The notes beneath the pieces are model-generated. The model worked only from the letters and a program-made list of their open reading frames with translations, had not been told where the DNA came from and searched no databases. A stretch of 64,000 bases of DNA. Origin: Heterodontus francisci. Lineage: Eukaryota. The stretch lies in the NCBI RefSeq assembly GCF_036365525.1, contig NW_027140453.1:248001-312000 (forward strand). Direction: 5' to 3'. Made by a program: the position numbers and the translations under genes. This document shows positions 12,401 through 24,249 of the stretch, piece after piece (the stretch's first letter is position 1; each line of letters begins with the position of its first letter).

Positions 12401-14120
12401 CTGTCTCCCCCCCCACCTCGTCACTCCCTCTTTCTCCTTCTAACTCTGTCTCTGTCTCTCTCTCTCTATCCCTCCATCTGTCCTTCCCTCCCTGTCACAC
12501 CCTCTCTGTCCTTCTCTCTCTGTCTTTCTCTCTGTCTCTCCATCTGTCTTTCCCTGCCTGTCACTGCATCTCTCACCTTCCATCACGGCCTCTCACTCTC
12601 TGTCTCTCCATCTCTCTTTCCCTCTCTGTCTCTCCATATCTCTCCTTCTGTCTCTGTCTCTCTCTCTCTCTGTCCCTCCATCTGTCTTCTCCCCCCCCCC
12701 CTCCGTCACTCCATCTCTCTCCTTCTATCTCTGTCTCTCTCCCTCTGTCCCTCCATCTGTCCTTCCCTCATTGTCACTCCATCTCTCTCCTTCTATTTCT
12801 CTCACTCTCTCTCTTACCCTCCATCTGTCTTTCCCTCTCTGTCCCTCCCTCTCTCTCCTTCCATCACTGTCTCTATCTCTCTGTCTCTCCATCTGCCCTT
12901 CCCTCTTTGACACTCCCTCTCTCTCCTTGTCTCTCTGTCTCTCACTCTATCCCTCCATATGTCCTTCCCTCCCTGACACTCCCTCTCTCTCCTTCTCTCT
13001 CTGTCTTTCTATCTGTCGCTCCATCTATCTTTCCCTGCCAGTCACTCCATCTCTCTCCATCTCTCCGTCTCTCTCTCTCTGTCTCTCCATCTGTCTTTCC
13101 CACCCCCTGTCACTCACTCTCACTCCTTTTATCTCTATATCTGTCTCTCTCTCTGTCCCTCCATCTGTATTACCCTCTGTGTCACTCCCACCCTCTCCTT
13201 CTATCTCTCTCCCTCACATTCTGTCCCTCCATCTGTCTTTCTCTCCCTGACACTCCCTCTCTCTCCTTCTCTCTCTGTCTTCCTCTCTGTCTCTCCATCT
13301 GTCTTTCCCTGCCTGTCACGCCATCTCTCTCCTTCCATCTCTGCCTCTCATTCTCTGTCTCTCCATCTGTCTTTGCCTCCCTGTCTCTCCATCTCTCTCC
13401 TTCTCTCTCTCTCTGTCTCTTCATCTGTCTCCCTCCACCACCCCGTCACTCCCTCTGTCTCCTTCTAACTCTGTCTCTGTCTCGCTCTCTGTCTCTCTCT
13501 CTATCCCTCCATCTGTCCTTCCCTCCCTGTCACTCCATCTCTCTCCTTCTCTCTCTGTCTCTCACTCTGTCTCTCCATCTGTCCTTTCCTTCCTGGCAAT
13601 CCCTCTCTTTCCTTCTATTTCTGTCTCTGCCACTCTCTCTGTCTCTCTCTCTGTCCCTCCATCTGTCTTTCCCTCTCTGTCTCTCCGTCTCTCTATCCCT
13701 CCATCTATCCTTCCCTCCCTGTCACTCCATCTCTCTCCTTCTCTCTCTGTCTCTCTCTCTGTCCCTCAATTTGTCTTTCCCTTCCTGATACTCGCTCGCT
13801 CTCCTTCTATCTTTGTCTCTGCCACTCTCTCTGTCTCTCTGTATGGCCCTCCATCTGTCATTCCCTTTCTGTCTTTCCGTCTCTCTCCTGCTATCTCTGT
13901 CTCTGCCTCTCTCTCTGTGTCTCTCTCTGTCCCTCCAGCTATCATTCCCTCTCTGTCACTCCCTCTCTCCTTCTCTTTGTCTGTCCCTCTCTCTCCTTCT
14001 CTCTCTCCTTCTCTCTCTCTCTTTACCCCCCTATCACTCCTTGCCCTATCTCTCTGTCGCTGAGACTCTCTATATCTCTCCCCCTCTATCTCTCTCTGTC
14101 CCTCGTTCTCTCTGTCTTTA
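3496..14120 (+). repeat. About 10.6 kb polypyrimidine (CT-rich) degenerate minisatellite with higher-order duplications
   Basis: Recurrent unit such as ctctgtccctccatctgtctttccctccctgtcactccatctctctccttctat. Near-identical blocks are offset by 1366 bp (10177 vs 11543) and about 1168 bp (4575 vs 5743). Gap at 3792-3928. Confidence 0.95.
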
Positions 14121-14224
14121 TTTCAGTTCCTTCAGGTATATGGATGTATTGGAGAGCTTGGGTTATTCTCCATCGGTCCTTCCGATCCACTCAATCTGGG
14201 CCCATCATCATTTTACACACCTCC

Positions 14225-14480
14225 ATTAAATCTCCCCTCAGCCTCCTCTGTTTCAAAGAAAACAACACCAGCCTGTCCAATCTTTCCTCATAGCTAAAAT
14301 TCTCCATTCCTGACAACATCCCTTGTAAATCTACTCTGTACCCTCGCTAGTGTGATCACATCCTTCCTGTAATGTGCTGACCCGAACTGTACACAGTTCT
14401 CTAGCTGTGGTCTAACTAGTGTTTTATGCAGTTCCAGCATAACCTCCCTGCCCTTATATTCTATACATCAGCCAAAATAA
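14225..14480 (-). mobile_element. CR1 LINE ORF2 C-terminal fragment
   Basis: Degenerate LVRPQLE-CVQF and LFSL-RRLRGDL motifs on the minus strand. Confidence 0.7.
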
Positions 14481-14542
14481 AGGAAATTACAATCGAAAAT
14501 CCTGTGAGAAAAACAATCCATATCATTAAAAAATATATATCA

Positions 14543-15480
14543 GCAATTGCGGACGACACAAAGGTTGGTGGAGTTGCGGATAATAATGAGGATTGTCAAA
14601 GGATACAGCAGGACATAGATCGGTTGCAGACATGGGTGGAGAAATAGCAGATGGAGTTTAATCCGGACAAATGTGAGGTAATGTATTTTGGAAGGTCTAA
14701 TGCAGGTGGGAGGTATACAGTAAATGGCAGAACCCTTTGGAGTATTGACAGGCAGAGAGATCTGGGCGTACAGGTCCACAGGTCACTGAAAGTGGCAACG
14801 CCGGTGGATAAGGTAGTCAAGAAGGCAGACGGCATGCTTGCCTTCATCAGTCAGGGCATAGAGTATAAAAATTGGCAAGTCATGTTGCAGCTGTATAGAA
14901 CCTTAGTTAGGCCACACTGAGAATACTAAATGAAATTCTGGTCGCCACACTACCAGAAGGACTTGGAGGCTTTGGAGAAGGTACAGAGAAGGTTTACCAG
15001 GATGTTGCCTGGTCTGGAGGGCATTAGCTAGAGGACAGGTTGGAAAAACTCGGATTATTTTCACTGGAACGATGGAGGTGGAGGGGCGACATGATAGAGG
15101 TTTACAAAGTTATGAGCGGCATGGACAGAGTGGATAGTCAGAAGCTTTTTCCCAGGGTGGAAGAGTCAGTTACTAGGGGACATAGGTTTAAGGTGCGAGG
15201 GGCAAAGTTTAGAGGGGATGTGCGAGGCAAATTTTTTGCAGAGGGTGGTGAGTGCCTGGAACTTGCTGCCAGGGGAGGTGGTGGAAGCAGATACGATAGT
15301 GACATTTAAGAGAAATCTTGACAAATATATGAATAGGAAGGGAATAGAGGGATATGGGCCCCGGAAGTGCAGAAGATGTTAGTTTCGGCAGGCATCTAGT
15401 TCGGCGCAGGCTTGGAGGGCCGAATGGCCTGTTCCTGTGCTGTACTGTTCTTTGTTCTTTGTTCTTTATTTGTTCTTTGC
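14543..15480 (+). mobile_element. 5'-truncated CR1 LINE 3' end with (TGTTCTT)n tail
   Basis: ADDTKVGG, MEFNPDKCEV, LYRTLVRPH and LFSLE motifs; 3' UTR ending tgtactgttctttgttctttgttcttt. Confidence 0.92.
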
Positions 15481-16493
15481 AACACAAGTGTGATTTATTA
15501 AACTTTAACACAACAATGTTTGTTACTCAGTCGTGTAAAGTGCATTGCACTGTTACTGACCTTTACTCCAATCCCTCAATCCCACTTCATCTCGGGGAGA
15601 TTGTTATAAGATTCACCCCATCCTTACAAACATAAATATTACCCACATCAAACCAGTGCAATTAGAAATTGTACACAGCTGCTGATAGGTAGTAACAAGA
15701 CCGAAGGGAATGTTCAGTCTTCCATCTCTAACCCAGGCAAATATATGTCTTCATTTATACTGATATCTGTCTGTCTGTCTGAATGGAATCAGATAGAGGC
15801 CAGACCTCTCCAATAACAACATTGTTTGACCATTTCACTTTTTATGGCAGACAGAAAGTTTTCATCTACCTTGTCTCTATTATTCTGCAGTGATGTCCTG
15901 GAACTGAGATGATTGACCTCCAACAACCACAACCATCTTCCTTTGTGCTCAGTATAATTCCAACCAGCAGATTCCCACTGACTTCAGTTTTACTCGGTCT
16001 CCTCGCTGTCACACTCGGTCAAACGCGGCATTGATGTTAAGGTCAGTCTCTCTTTCCCGTAGCAGACAGGAGTGAATCGTTCCCTTTGACCCGTTGAGTC
16101 CTGAACATGCTCTGCTTCTTCACAGCCAGATAAAGGACTGTACACGGCCGATTAATGTAGCCCCTCAAACACTCCGAGTGCAGGTTCAGCTTAGGAACAG
16201 AGTACAGTTCCTTCTAAATTCTCTCTCTGTCTTCCTCTCTCCGTCTCTTCCTCCTGCTCTCTCTGACACTAGGAGTGAGACAGAGGGAGAGAGGGTTAGA
16301 TATGCAGACAGAGAGCGGGCAGTAGAGAGGGACAGGGTTGGAGAGAGAGAGAGAGATTGTTGGGGTGGATTGAAAGGGAGAATGTAAGATATATGAATTT
16401 GATGTAATCCTTCACTGCTGTGTGCACAAACATATAGGAGATAGGTATGGAGATGGAAACATCAGGAGAGATCCAGAGGCAATAGCCTCTATT

Positions 16494-18464
16494 TTAAACA
16501 TCCATCAAGCTATTCCTTTCTCTTTCACTTTCTCCATCACTTTCTCCATCAGCTATCACTTTCTCCATCAGCCTGCCATGGGGAACCTTATCAAACGCCT
16601 TACTGAAGTCCATGTATATGTCATCGACAGCCCTTCCCTCATCAATCAACTTTGTCACTTCCTCAAAGAATTCTATTAAGTTGGTAAGACATGACCTTCC
16701 CTGCACAAAACCATGTTGCCTATCACTGATGAGCCCATTTTCTTCCAAATGGGAATAGATCCTATCCCTCAGTATCTTCTCCAGCATCTTCCCTACCACT
16801 GACGTCAGGCTCACCGGTCTATAATTACCTGGATTATCCCTGCTACCCTTCTTAAACAAGGGGACAATATTAACAATTCTCCAGTCCTCCGGGACCTCAC
16901 CCGTGTTTAAGGATGCTGCAAAGATATCTGTTAAGGCCCCAGCTATTTCCTCTCTCGCTTCCCTCAGTAACCTGGGATAGATCCCATCCGGACCTGGGGA
17001 CTTGTCCACCTTAATGCCCTTTAGAATACCCAACACTTCCTCCCTCCTTATGCCGACTTGACCTAGAGTAATCAAACATCTGTTCCTAACCTCAACATCC
17101 GTCATGTCCCTCTCCTCGGTGAATACCGATGCAAAGTACTCGTTTAGAATCTCACCCATTTTCTCTGAGTCCAAGCATAACATTCCTCCTTTGTCCTTTA
17201 GTGGGCCAATCCTTTCTCTAGTTACCCTCTTTCTCCTTATATATGAATAAAAGGCTTTGGGATTTTCCTTAACCCTGTTTGCTAAAGATATTTCATGACC
17301 CCTTTTAGCCCTCTTAATTCCTCGTTTCAGATTGGTCCTACATTCCCGATATTCTTTCAAAGCTTCGTCTTTCATCAGCCGCCGAGACCTTATGTATGCT
17401 TCCTTTTTCCTCTTAGCTAGTCTCACAATTTCACCTGTCATCCATGGTTCCCTAATCTTGCCATTTCTGTCCCTCATTTTCACAGGAACATGTCTCTCCT
17501 GCACGCTAATCAACCTCTCTTTAAAAGCCTCCCACATATCACATGTGGATTTACCTTCAAACAGCTGCTCCCAATCTACATTTCCCAGCTCCTGCCGAAT
17601 TTTGGTATAGTTGGCCTTCCCCCAATTTAGCACTCTTCCTTTAGGACCATTCTCGTCTTTGTCCATGAGTATTTTAAAGCTTACGGAATTGTGATCACTA
17701 TTCCCAAAGTAGTCCCCTACTGAAACTTCAACAACCTGGCCGGGCTCATTCCCCAACACCAGGTCCAGTATGGCCCCTTCCCGAGTTGGACTATTTACAT
17801 ACTGCTCTAGAAAACCCTCCTGGATGCTCCTTACAAATTCTGCTCCATCTGGACCTCTAACACTAAGTGAATCCCAGTCAATGTTGGGAAAATTAAAATC
17901 TCCTATCACCACCACCCTGTTGCTCCTACATCTTTCCATAATCTGTTTACATATTTGTACCTCTATCTCACGCTCGCTGTTGGGAGGCCTGTAGTACAGC
18001 CCCAACATTGTTACCGCACCCTTCCTATTTCTGAGTTCTGTCCATATTGCCTCACTGCTCGAGTCCTCCATAGTGCCCTCCTTCAGCACAGCTGTGATAT
18101 CCTCTTTGACCAGTAATGCAACTCCTCCACCCCTTTTACCTCCCTCTCTATCCCGCCTGAAGCATCGATATCCTGGGATATTTAGTTGCCAATCATGCCC
18201 TTCCCTCAACCAAGTCTCAGTAATAGCAATAACTTCATACTCCCAGGTACTAATCCAAGCCCTAAGTTCATCTGCCTTACCTACTACACTTCTTGCATTA
18301 AAACAAATGCACCTCAGACCACCAGTCCCTTTATATTCATCATCTGCTCCCTGCCTGCTCTTCCCCTTAGTCACACTGACTTCATTATCTAGTTCCTTAC
18401 AGGCTTTTGTTACTACCTCCTTACTGTCAACTGACCTCAATTGGTTCCCATCCCCCTGCCACAT
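16494..18464 (-). CDS. CR1 ORF2 (APE endonuclease + N-terminal RT), 3'-truncated
   Basis: CFNARS, IAITETWL, YRPP, GDFN, LDLVL, SDHN (APE); NYRPVSLTS, QHGF, DFSKAFD (RT). Last ~20 codons are not LINE-derived. Confidence 0.92.
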   Translation of the reverse strand: MWQGDGNQLRSVDSKEVVTKACKELDNEVSVTKGKSRQGADDEYKGTGGLRCICFNARSVVGKADELRAWISTWEYEVIAITETWLREGHDWQLNIPGYRCFRRDREGGKRGGGVALLVKEDITAVLKEGTMEDSSSEAIWTELRNRKGAVTMLGLYYRPPNSEREIEVQICKQIMERCRSNRVVVIGDFNFPNIDWDSLSVRGPDGAEFVRSIQEGFLEQYVNSPTREGAILDLVLGNEPGQVVEVSVGDYFGNSDHNSVSFKILMDKDENGPKGRVLNWGKANYTKIRQELGNVDWEQLFEGKSTCDMWEAFKERLISVQERHVPVKMRDRNGKIREPWMTGEIVRLAKRKKEAYIRSRRLMKDEALKEYRECRTNLKRGIKRAKRGHEISLANRVKENPKAFYSYIRRKRVTRERIGPLKDKGGMLCLDSEKMGEILNEYFASVFTEERDMTDVEVRNRCLITLGQVGIRREEVLGILKGIKVDKSPGPDGIYPRLLREAREEIAGALTDIFAASLNTGEVPEDWRIVNIVPLFKKGSRDNPGNYRPVSLTSVVGKMLEKILRDRIYSHLEENGLISDRQHGFVQGRSCLTNLIEFFEEVTKLIDEGRAVDDIYMDFSKAFDKVPHGRLMEKVIADGESDGESERERNSLMDV

Positions 18465-19411
18465 TAGTTTAAACCCTCCCCAACAGCGTTAGCAAAAGCA
18501 CCTCCAAGGACATTGGTTCCAGTCCGGCCCAGGTGTAGACCGTCCAATTTGTAATAGTCCCACCTCCCCCAGAACTGGTCCCAATGTCCCAAAAATCTGA
18601 ACCCCTCCTTCCTGCACCATCTCTCAAGCCATGCATTCATCCTGACTATTCTTTCATTTTTACTCTGACGATCACGTGGCACTGGTAGTAATCCTGAGAT
18701 TACTACCTCTGAGGTCCTACTTTTTAACTTGGCTCCTAACTCCCTAAACTCTGCTTGTAGGACCTCATCCCGTTTTTTACCTATATCATTAGTGCCTATG
18801 TGCACAATGACAACTGGCTGTTCACCCTCCCCCTTTAGAATGTTCTGCAGCCGATCTGAGACGTCCCTGACCCGTGCACCTGGGAGGCAACATACCATTC
18901 GGGAGCCTCGTTTTCGACCACAGAACCGCCTATCTACTCCCCTTACAATCGAATCCCCTACGACTATAGCCCTTCCACTCTTTTTCCCGCCCTTCTGAAC
19001 AGCAGAGCCAGCCACGGTGCCATGGACCTGGCTACTGCTGCCTTCCCCTGGTGAGCCATCTCCCTCAACAGTATCCAAAACGGTATACTTGTTTTGGAGG
19101 GAGATGACCGCAGGGGACTCCTGAGCTGCCTTCCTGCTCTTTCTCTGCCTTTTGGTCACCCATTCCCTTTCTCCCTCAGCAATCCTAATCTGCGGTGTGA
19201 CCAATTCACTAAACGTGCTATCCACGACCTCCTCAGCATCGCGCATGCTCCAAAGTGAGTCCATCCGCAGCTCGAGAGCCGTCATGCGGTCTAACAAGAG
19301 CTGCAGCTGGACACACTTCCTGCACGTGAAGGAGTCAGGGTCATCAGCCATGTCCCTGAGCTCCCACATTGAGCAAGAGGAGCATGATACGGGTCTGAGA
19401 TCTCCTGCCAT
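18464..19411 (-). CDS. CR1 ORF1 (zinc finger/leucine zipper + SGNH esterase)
   Basis: CSSC...CRKC zinc finger; VVGDS, PGA, HIGTND and DGLH SGNH blocks. Confidence 0.92.
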   Translation of the reverse strand: MAGDLRPVSCSSCSMWELRDMADDPDSFTCRKCVQLQLLLDRMTALELRMDSLWSMRDAEEVVDSTFSELVTPQIRIAEGEREWVTKRQRKSRKAAQESPAVISLQNKYTVLDTVEGDGSPGEGSSSQVHGTVAGSAVQKGGKKSGRAIVVGDSIVRGVDRRFCGRKRGSRMVCCLPGARVRDVSDRLQNILKGEGEQPVVIVHIGTNDIGKKRDEVLQAEFRELGAKLKSRTSEVVISGLLPVPRDRQSKNERIVRMNAWLERWCRKEGFRFLGHWDQFWGRWDYYKLDGLHLGRTGTNVLGGAFANAVGEGLN

Positions 19412-19590
19412 TTTTAATCTTAAGTTTAAACTTAGTTAAATGAAAAAGGAACGAAAAGTTTTTACCAATCACAATAAAACCAGAGAAATCGAAAAAGCCT
19501 TACCTTATAAACACCCCACCGAGTCCTTTTTTTTTGGTTAGAGGAGGAGGGCGGGTGGGAGACACTACAAGTGTGGTATCTCGGGTTCAG

Positions 19591-20553
19591 AAACCGCCCA
19601 AATATATAGTGTTTTACTTACCCAGCAGCCCCCTGGCCTCCGCGGAAAAACAAAAGGAAATTAAATTTACTTTCAAACTGACTTTCCCAGCTGCTCACTC
19701 GCTCACACTCTGCTCCCGAAAAAGCTGCTGCACTGAAAGGAAAGTTATTTTAAACCGCCCAAATATATAGTGTTTTACTTACCCAGCAGCCCCCGGCCTC
19801 CGCCGAAAAACAAAAGGATTTTAAATTTACTTTCAAACTGACTTTCCCAGCTGCTCACTCGCTCACACTCTGCTCCCGAAAAAGCTGCTACACTGAAAGG
19901 AAAGTTATTTTAAACCGCCCAAATATATAGTGTTTTACTTACCCAGCAGCCCCCTGGCCTCCGCCGAAAAACAAAAGGATTTTAAATTTACTTTCAAACT
20001 GACTTTCCCAGCTGCTCACTCGCTCACACTCTGCTCCCGAAAAAGCTGCTGCACTGAAAGGAAAGTTATTTTAAACCGCCCAATTATATAGTGTTTTACT
20101 TACCCAGCAGCCCCCTGGCCTCCGCCGAAAAACAAAAGGAAATTAAATTTACTTTCAAACTGACTTTCCCAGCTGCTCACTCGCTCACACTCTGCTCCCG
20201 AAAAAGCTGCTGCACTGAAAGGAAAGTTATTTTAAACCGCCCAAATATATAGTGTTTTACTTACCCAGCAGCCCCTGGCCTCCGCCGAAAAACAAAAGGA
20301 TTTTAAATTTACTTTCAAACTGACTTTCCCAGCTGCTCACTCGCTCACACTCTGCTCCCGAAAAAGCTGCTGCACTGAAAGGAAAGTTATTTTAAACCGC
20401 CCAAATATATAGTGTTTTACTTACCCAGCAGCCCCCGGCCTCCGCCGAAAAACAAAAGGAAATTAAATTTACTTTCAAACTGACTTTCCCAGCTGCTCAC
20501 TCGCTCACACTCTGCTCCCGAAAAAGCTGCTGCACTGAAAGGAAAGTTATTTT
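19591..20553 (-). repeat. Six tandem ~161-bp monomers forming the CR1 5' UTR
   Basis: aaaccgccca unit starts at 19591, 19752, 19912, 20073, 20234 and 20394; copies are near-identical. Confidence 0.95.
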
Positions 20554-21030
20554 CAGTACTGAGGGAGTGCTGCACTGTTGGAAGGTCAGTACTGAGGGAA
20601 TGTTACATTGTCGGAGCGTCAGTACTGAGGGAGCGCTGCACTTTCAGAGGGGCAGTACTGAGGGAGTGCTGCACTGTCAGAGGGTCTGTACTGAGTGAGT
20701 GCTGCACTGTCAGGATGCCCTCTTTCAGATGTCACATTAAACAGAGACTCCATCCTCTTACTCCCGTGGATATAAACGATCCCATTGGACTATTTTGAAG
20801 AACAGCAGGGGAGTTCTCCTTGGTGTCCTGGCCAATAATTATCCCTCCATCAACGTCATTAAAATAGATTACCTGGTCATTCTCACATTGCTGTTTGTGG
20901 GAGCTTGCTGTGCACAAATCAGCTGCCATGATTCTTACATTACAACAGTGACTACACTGCAGCAAAACAAGCATTTCATTGGCTGTGACGCACTTTGGCA
21001 GGTGGTCGTGAGGGACGATATAAAATAGCC
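20554..21030 (+). mobile_element. Deu-domain SINE (SacSINE1-like) with internal cagtactgagggagtgctgcactg tandem repeat
   Basis: Deu core gatcccat...gcaggggagttctcc...cacattgctgtttgtgggagcttgctgtgc...ttacaacagtgactacac. About five ~34-bp units at 20554-20715. Confidence 0.8.
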
Positions 21031-21894
21031 TGTCAATAACTCCCTCTTTCTATTTGATATTGAAAGTCCAAGTGAATCGCTGTTTCACCTGGAAGGAGAG
21101 TTTGGGGTCCTGGACGGTTGCTGACATATTGAAGCACTTTATCGTGAGAATGATCTGTCTGGGACACTCAGTGTCCATTTATGTTCTAATATACACAGCC
21201 TATTGCTCAAAACTGACACATTACTGATATGGGAGGTATTTATCCTGTGAATATTTTCTGTCGGATACTCAGTGTCCATTAATCTGAGAGGATACAGAGC
21301 ACATTGCCACAATATGACCCAGTACTGATGTCGTGCCAGTCAGATGAGTCTCACAGACTGAGGACAATGGACTGTTTAGATCAGAGGCACAGATAGGATC
21401 TCCCGAAAAGGCACCGGTACATATTCAGGTACATAGGCAAACAAGAGTGAAGACAGCCAGAGAGGGAGAGAGAGAGAGAGGGAGAGAGCAGTGAGAGTCG
21501 CTGTGTAACCAGGAAATGTGACATTGTGAAGCCTCTGCCCAGCTATCAATGGACCAGAGACTGACTGCTGGTCACACCCTAACATTGGGACAATGATGGG
21601 ACTGCGATGGGCTCTGTATTTAAATTTCAAGTCAAACATTGCCAAGGGTGTATTTCTCGAAGCATTAATCTGTATATCTGAGGGAGTTATTGATAGGCTA
21701 TTGTCAAATACTGACCCATTACTGATATGGCTGGGATTAATATCAGAACCATAGCTAGGGGCTGATGGATTCAAACATGGAATTCTGGGAAAGCTGGGCA
21801 CAGCTTGTTCCAGGATTTCGGAGAGGAAAGGGAGGTTGGAGATGGGTCAGTATTTTGTAAGGACAGAGGAGTCAAGGGTTGCTTCTTTTGAAGG

Positions 21895-23450
21895 AGTCAT
21901 CGAGTCATTTACGGCACTGAAGAAGGCCATTCGGAACATCGGGTCCATGCTGGCTCTCCACGGTGCTGTGCAATCAGTGCACTCCCCTGGCTCGATCCCT
22001 GTAGCCCTGTAAGTCTATTTCTCTCAGGTGGCTATCCGACTATCTCTTGAAGTCATTGATCATCTTCGCTTCCACCATCCTGTGGGCAGTGAGTTCCAGG
22101 TCATTAACACCCTTAGTGCAAATAAAATTCTTCCTTATATTCCCTGCATCTCTAACCCAAACCTTCAACCTCCTTATTGTACCATTAGTTAATGGGAACC
22201 AGTTTTCCTTGTCTGAGTTATCTGTACCCAATGCCTTTATTTATGAAGCCCAAGATCCCACATGCTTTCCTAACCAAGCTCTCACTATGTCCTGCCATTT
22301 TCAAAGATGTGTGCACATACACCCCCAGGTCCCTCTGTCCCTGCACACTCTTTACAACTGTGCCATTAAGTATATATTGTCTCTCCCTATTCCTTCTGCT
22401 AAAATGCATCACCTCACACTTGTCAGAATGAAATTCCATTGGTCACCTTTCTGCCCATTCTGCTCGTCTATCTATGACCTGATCCAGGCAGTTCATATCA
22501 TCTTCACTGTTTGCTGCACCTCCAGGTTTGGTGTGGAGAGCAAATTTTGAGATTCTGCTCTGTATTTCAAGATCCAAGTCATTTATATGTTGCAGAAAAA
22601 GCAGTGGTCCCAGCACTGACCCATGGGGGAACACCAGTGACTACCATCCCTCAGTCAAAAAAGCAACCATTTACTACGATTCGCTGTTTCCTGTCCTGAC
22701 GGCACTTTTTCACCCAAATGAACACTGACCCTCTCATCCATGAGCCTCAGTTGTGTTAACCAGCATTTTATGGGGTACCTTGTCAAACGCTTTCTTAAAA
22801 TCCACATAAACAACATCCACCACATTCACTCCATCGACCTTCTCTGTTGCTTCATCAAAGAATTCAATTAGATTAGTCAATAATGTTCAGCCTTTTGAAA
22901 ATCCATGCTGGCTACCCTTAATTAAACTCGAACCTCTCCAACCGTCTATTGATTTTTCTCTGATTATTGTTTCTAGAACCAAACCCATCACTGATGTTAA
23001 ACTAAGTGGCCTGTAGTTGCTCGGACTGTCCTTACACCCTTTCTTCAATAAGGGTTTGCCACTCTGTCGTCTCTGGCACCTCCCCCATAACCAGGGAAGA
23101 TTTGAAGATGACGGCAAGCCCTTCTTCTATCTCTACCCTCCACTTCCTTTCACAACCTGTGATGCAAGTTATCTGAACCAGGTGACTTATCCACCCAAAG
23201 CATAGCCAGCCCTTTTAGTACCAGCTCTCAATTGTTATCCTATCCATTGCCTCTACTCTCTCTGCTTCTATAGATAATTTTCAGCCTCCAGTTCCTTCGG
23301 GAACACTGATACAAAGTTCTCATTAAGTATATTAGCTTTGCCCTGTGCCTCAAAGCACATATTACTCTCTCCGTCCTTACTTGACCCCTCTTTACCTCTT
23401 ACTACTCACTTACTATTTACGTGCTGGTAGAAGATCTTTGAGCCCCTTTT
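21895..23450 (-). mobile_element. Decayed CR1 LINE (RT region to 3' end)
   Basis: NYRPLSLTS, QHGF, GSVLGPLLF and MEFHSDKCEVMHF motifs. Confidence 0.85.
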
Positions 23451-23599
23451 ATGAATCTCCCTCTCCCCTTTCCACATTGAGGCTGAAATGGGCTTTGTTT
23501 GCAACAATTACATCATCCAGGTCTGATCAGATACTCGGAGCTTTTGTGAACGAATTCCCATCAACCTCAACAAGTTGTGCAATTTCCCCATTTGTCAGT

Positions 23600-24045
23600 G
23601 TTTTACCCCCTTCTGATGTTGTTCAATTTGTTAGTGTTTTTCCCCTGCTGAAGTTGTTGCTGTATTTGTTGTTTTTTTCACTGAAGTTGTTGTTGAACCT
23701 GTTGGTGTCTTTGCCCAGCTGAAGTTGCTGCTGCATTGCTTGATGTACTTCCCTAAAGTTGTTGGTGAAGTTGTAGGTGTTTCCCCTGCTGACGTTGTGA
23801 GAATAGTAGTTGTTTTTTTCCTCCCCGCTTCCCCTAATGTTGCTGGATTTGTTGGTGATTGCTTCCTGAAGTTGTTGTTGGATTTGTTGGTGTAATCTTC
23901 CTGTTGAAGTTGTTGTGATGTTTGTTTTTAATTCTCCTGAAGAAGTTGTTGAATTTGTTGGTGTCGTTCTGCTCCTGACGTTGTTGTATTTGTTGTTCTT
24001 TTCCCCCATCCTGAAGTAGTTGTTGAATTCCCCTGTTCCTCCTGA
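23600..24045 (-). repeat. CAA-rich minisatellite (minus orientation)
   Basis: gaagttgttgttgaatttgttggtg units. Confidence 0.85.
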
Positions 24046-24249
24046 ACATGTTACACTCACCACCCCTCATGACTCAGCTTACACTGTAACTGTATCCCTG
24101 AGTGAAATCTCTCTAATGTGCAGGTAATATCTGCTTCCAGCGTCTCCCTGGGACCCTGTTCCACAGAGCGACCTCCTGCTCATTGAAATAACCTTTCTGC
24201 AGGTTCGTTTCCAGGTCAAATAATTAAAACATTAAGTAACTATTACAAC

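Larger units (their letters stand above)
16527..20553 (-). mobile_element. Young CR1 LINE with intact 5' UTR, ORF1 and EN/part of RT; 3'-truncated
   Basis: Uninterrupted ORF1 and ORF2 frames; 5' UTR monomer array; ORF2 breaks off after DFSKAFDKVPH. Confidence 0.95.

Noticed and set aside
3391-14229. Long S/L/P-rich and R/E/G-rich ORFs (up to 699 aa)
   Set aside because: Artefacts of stop-poor CT/GA satellite; no domain or splice structure.
19591-20553. Possible CRISPR-like array (also 44468-44672 and 53630-54035)
   Set aside because: Head-to-tail units with no unique spacers, in a vertebrate context.
14543-20553. Twin-priming inversion linking the plus CR1 3' end and the minus 5' part
   Set aside because: They lie tail-to-tail with about 1 kb of unrelated DNA between, which is not twin-priming geometry.
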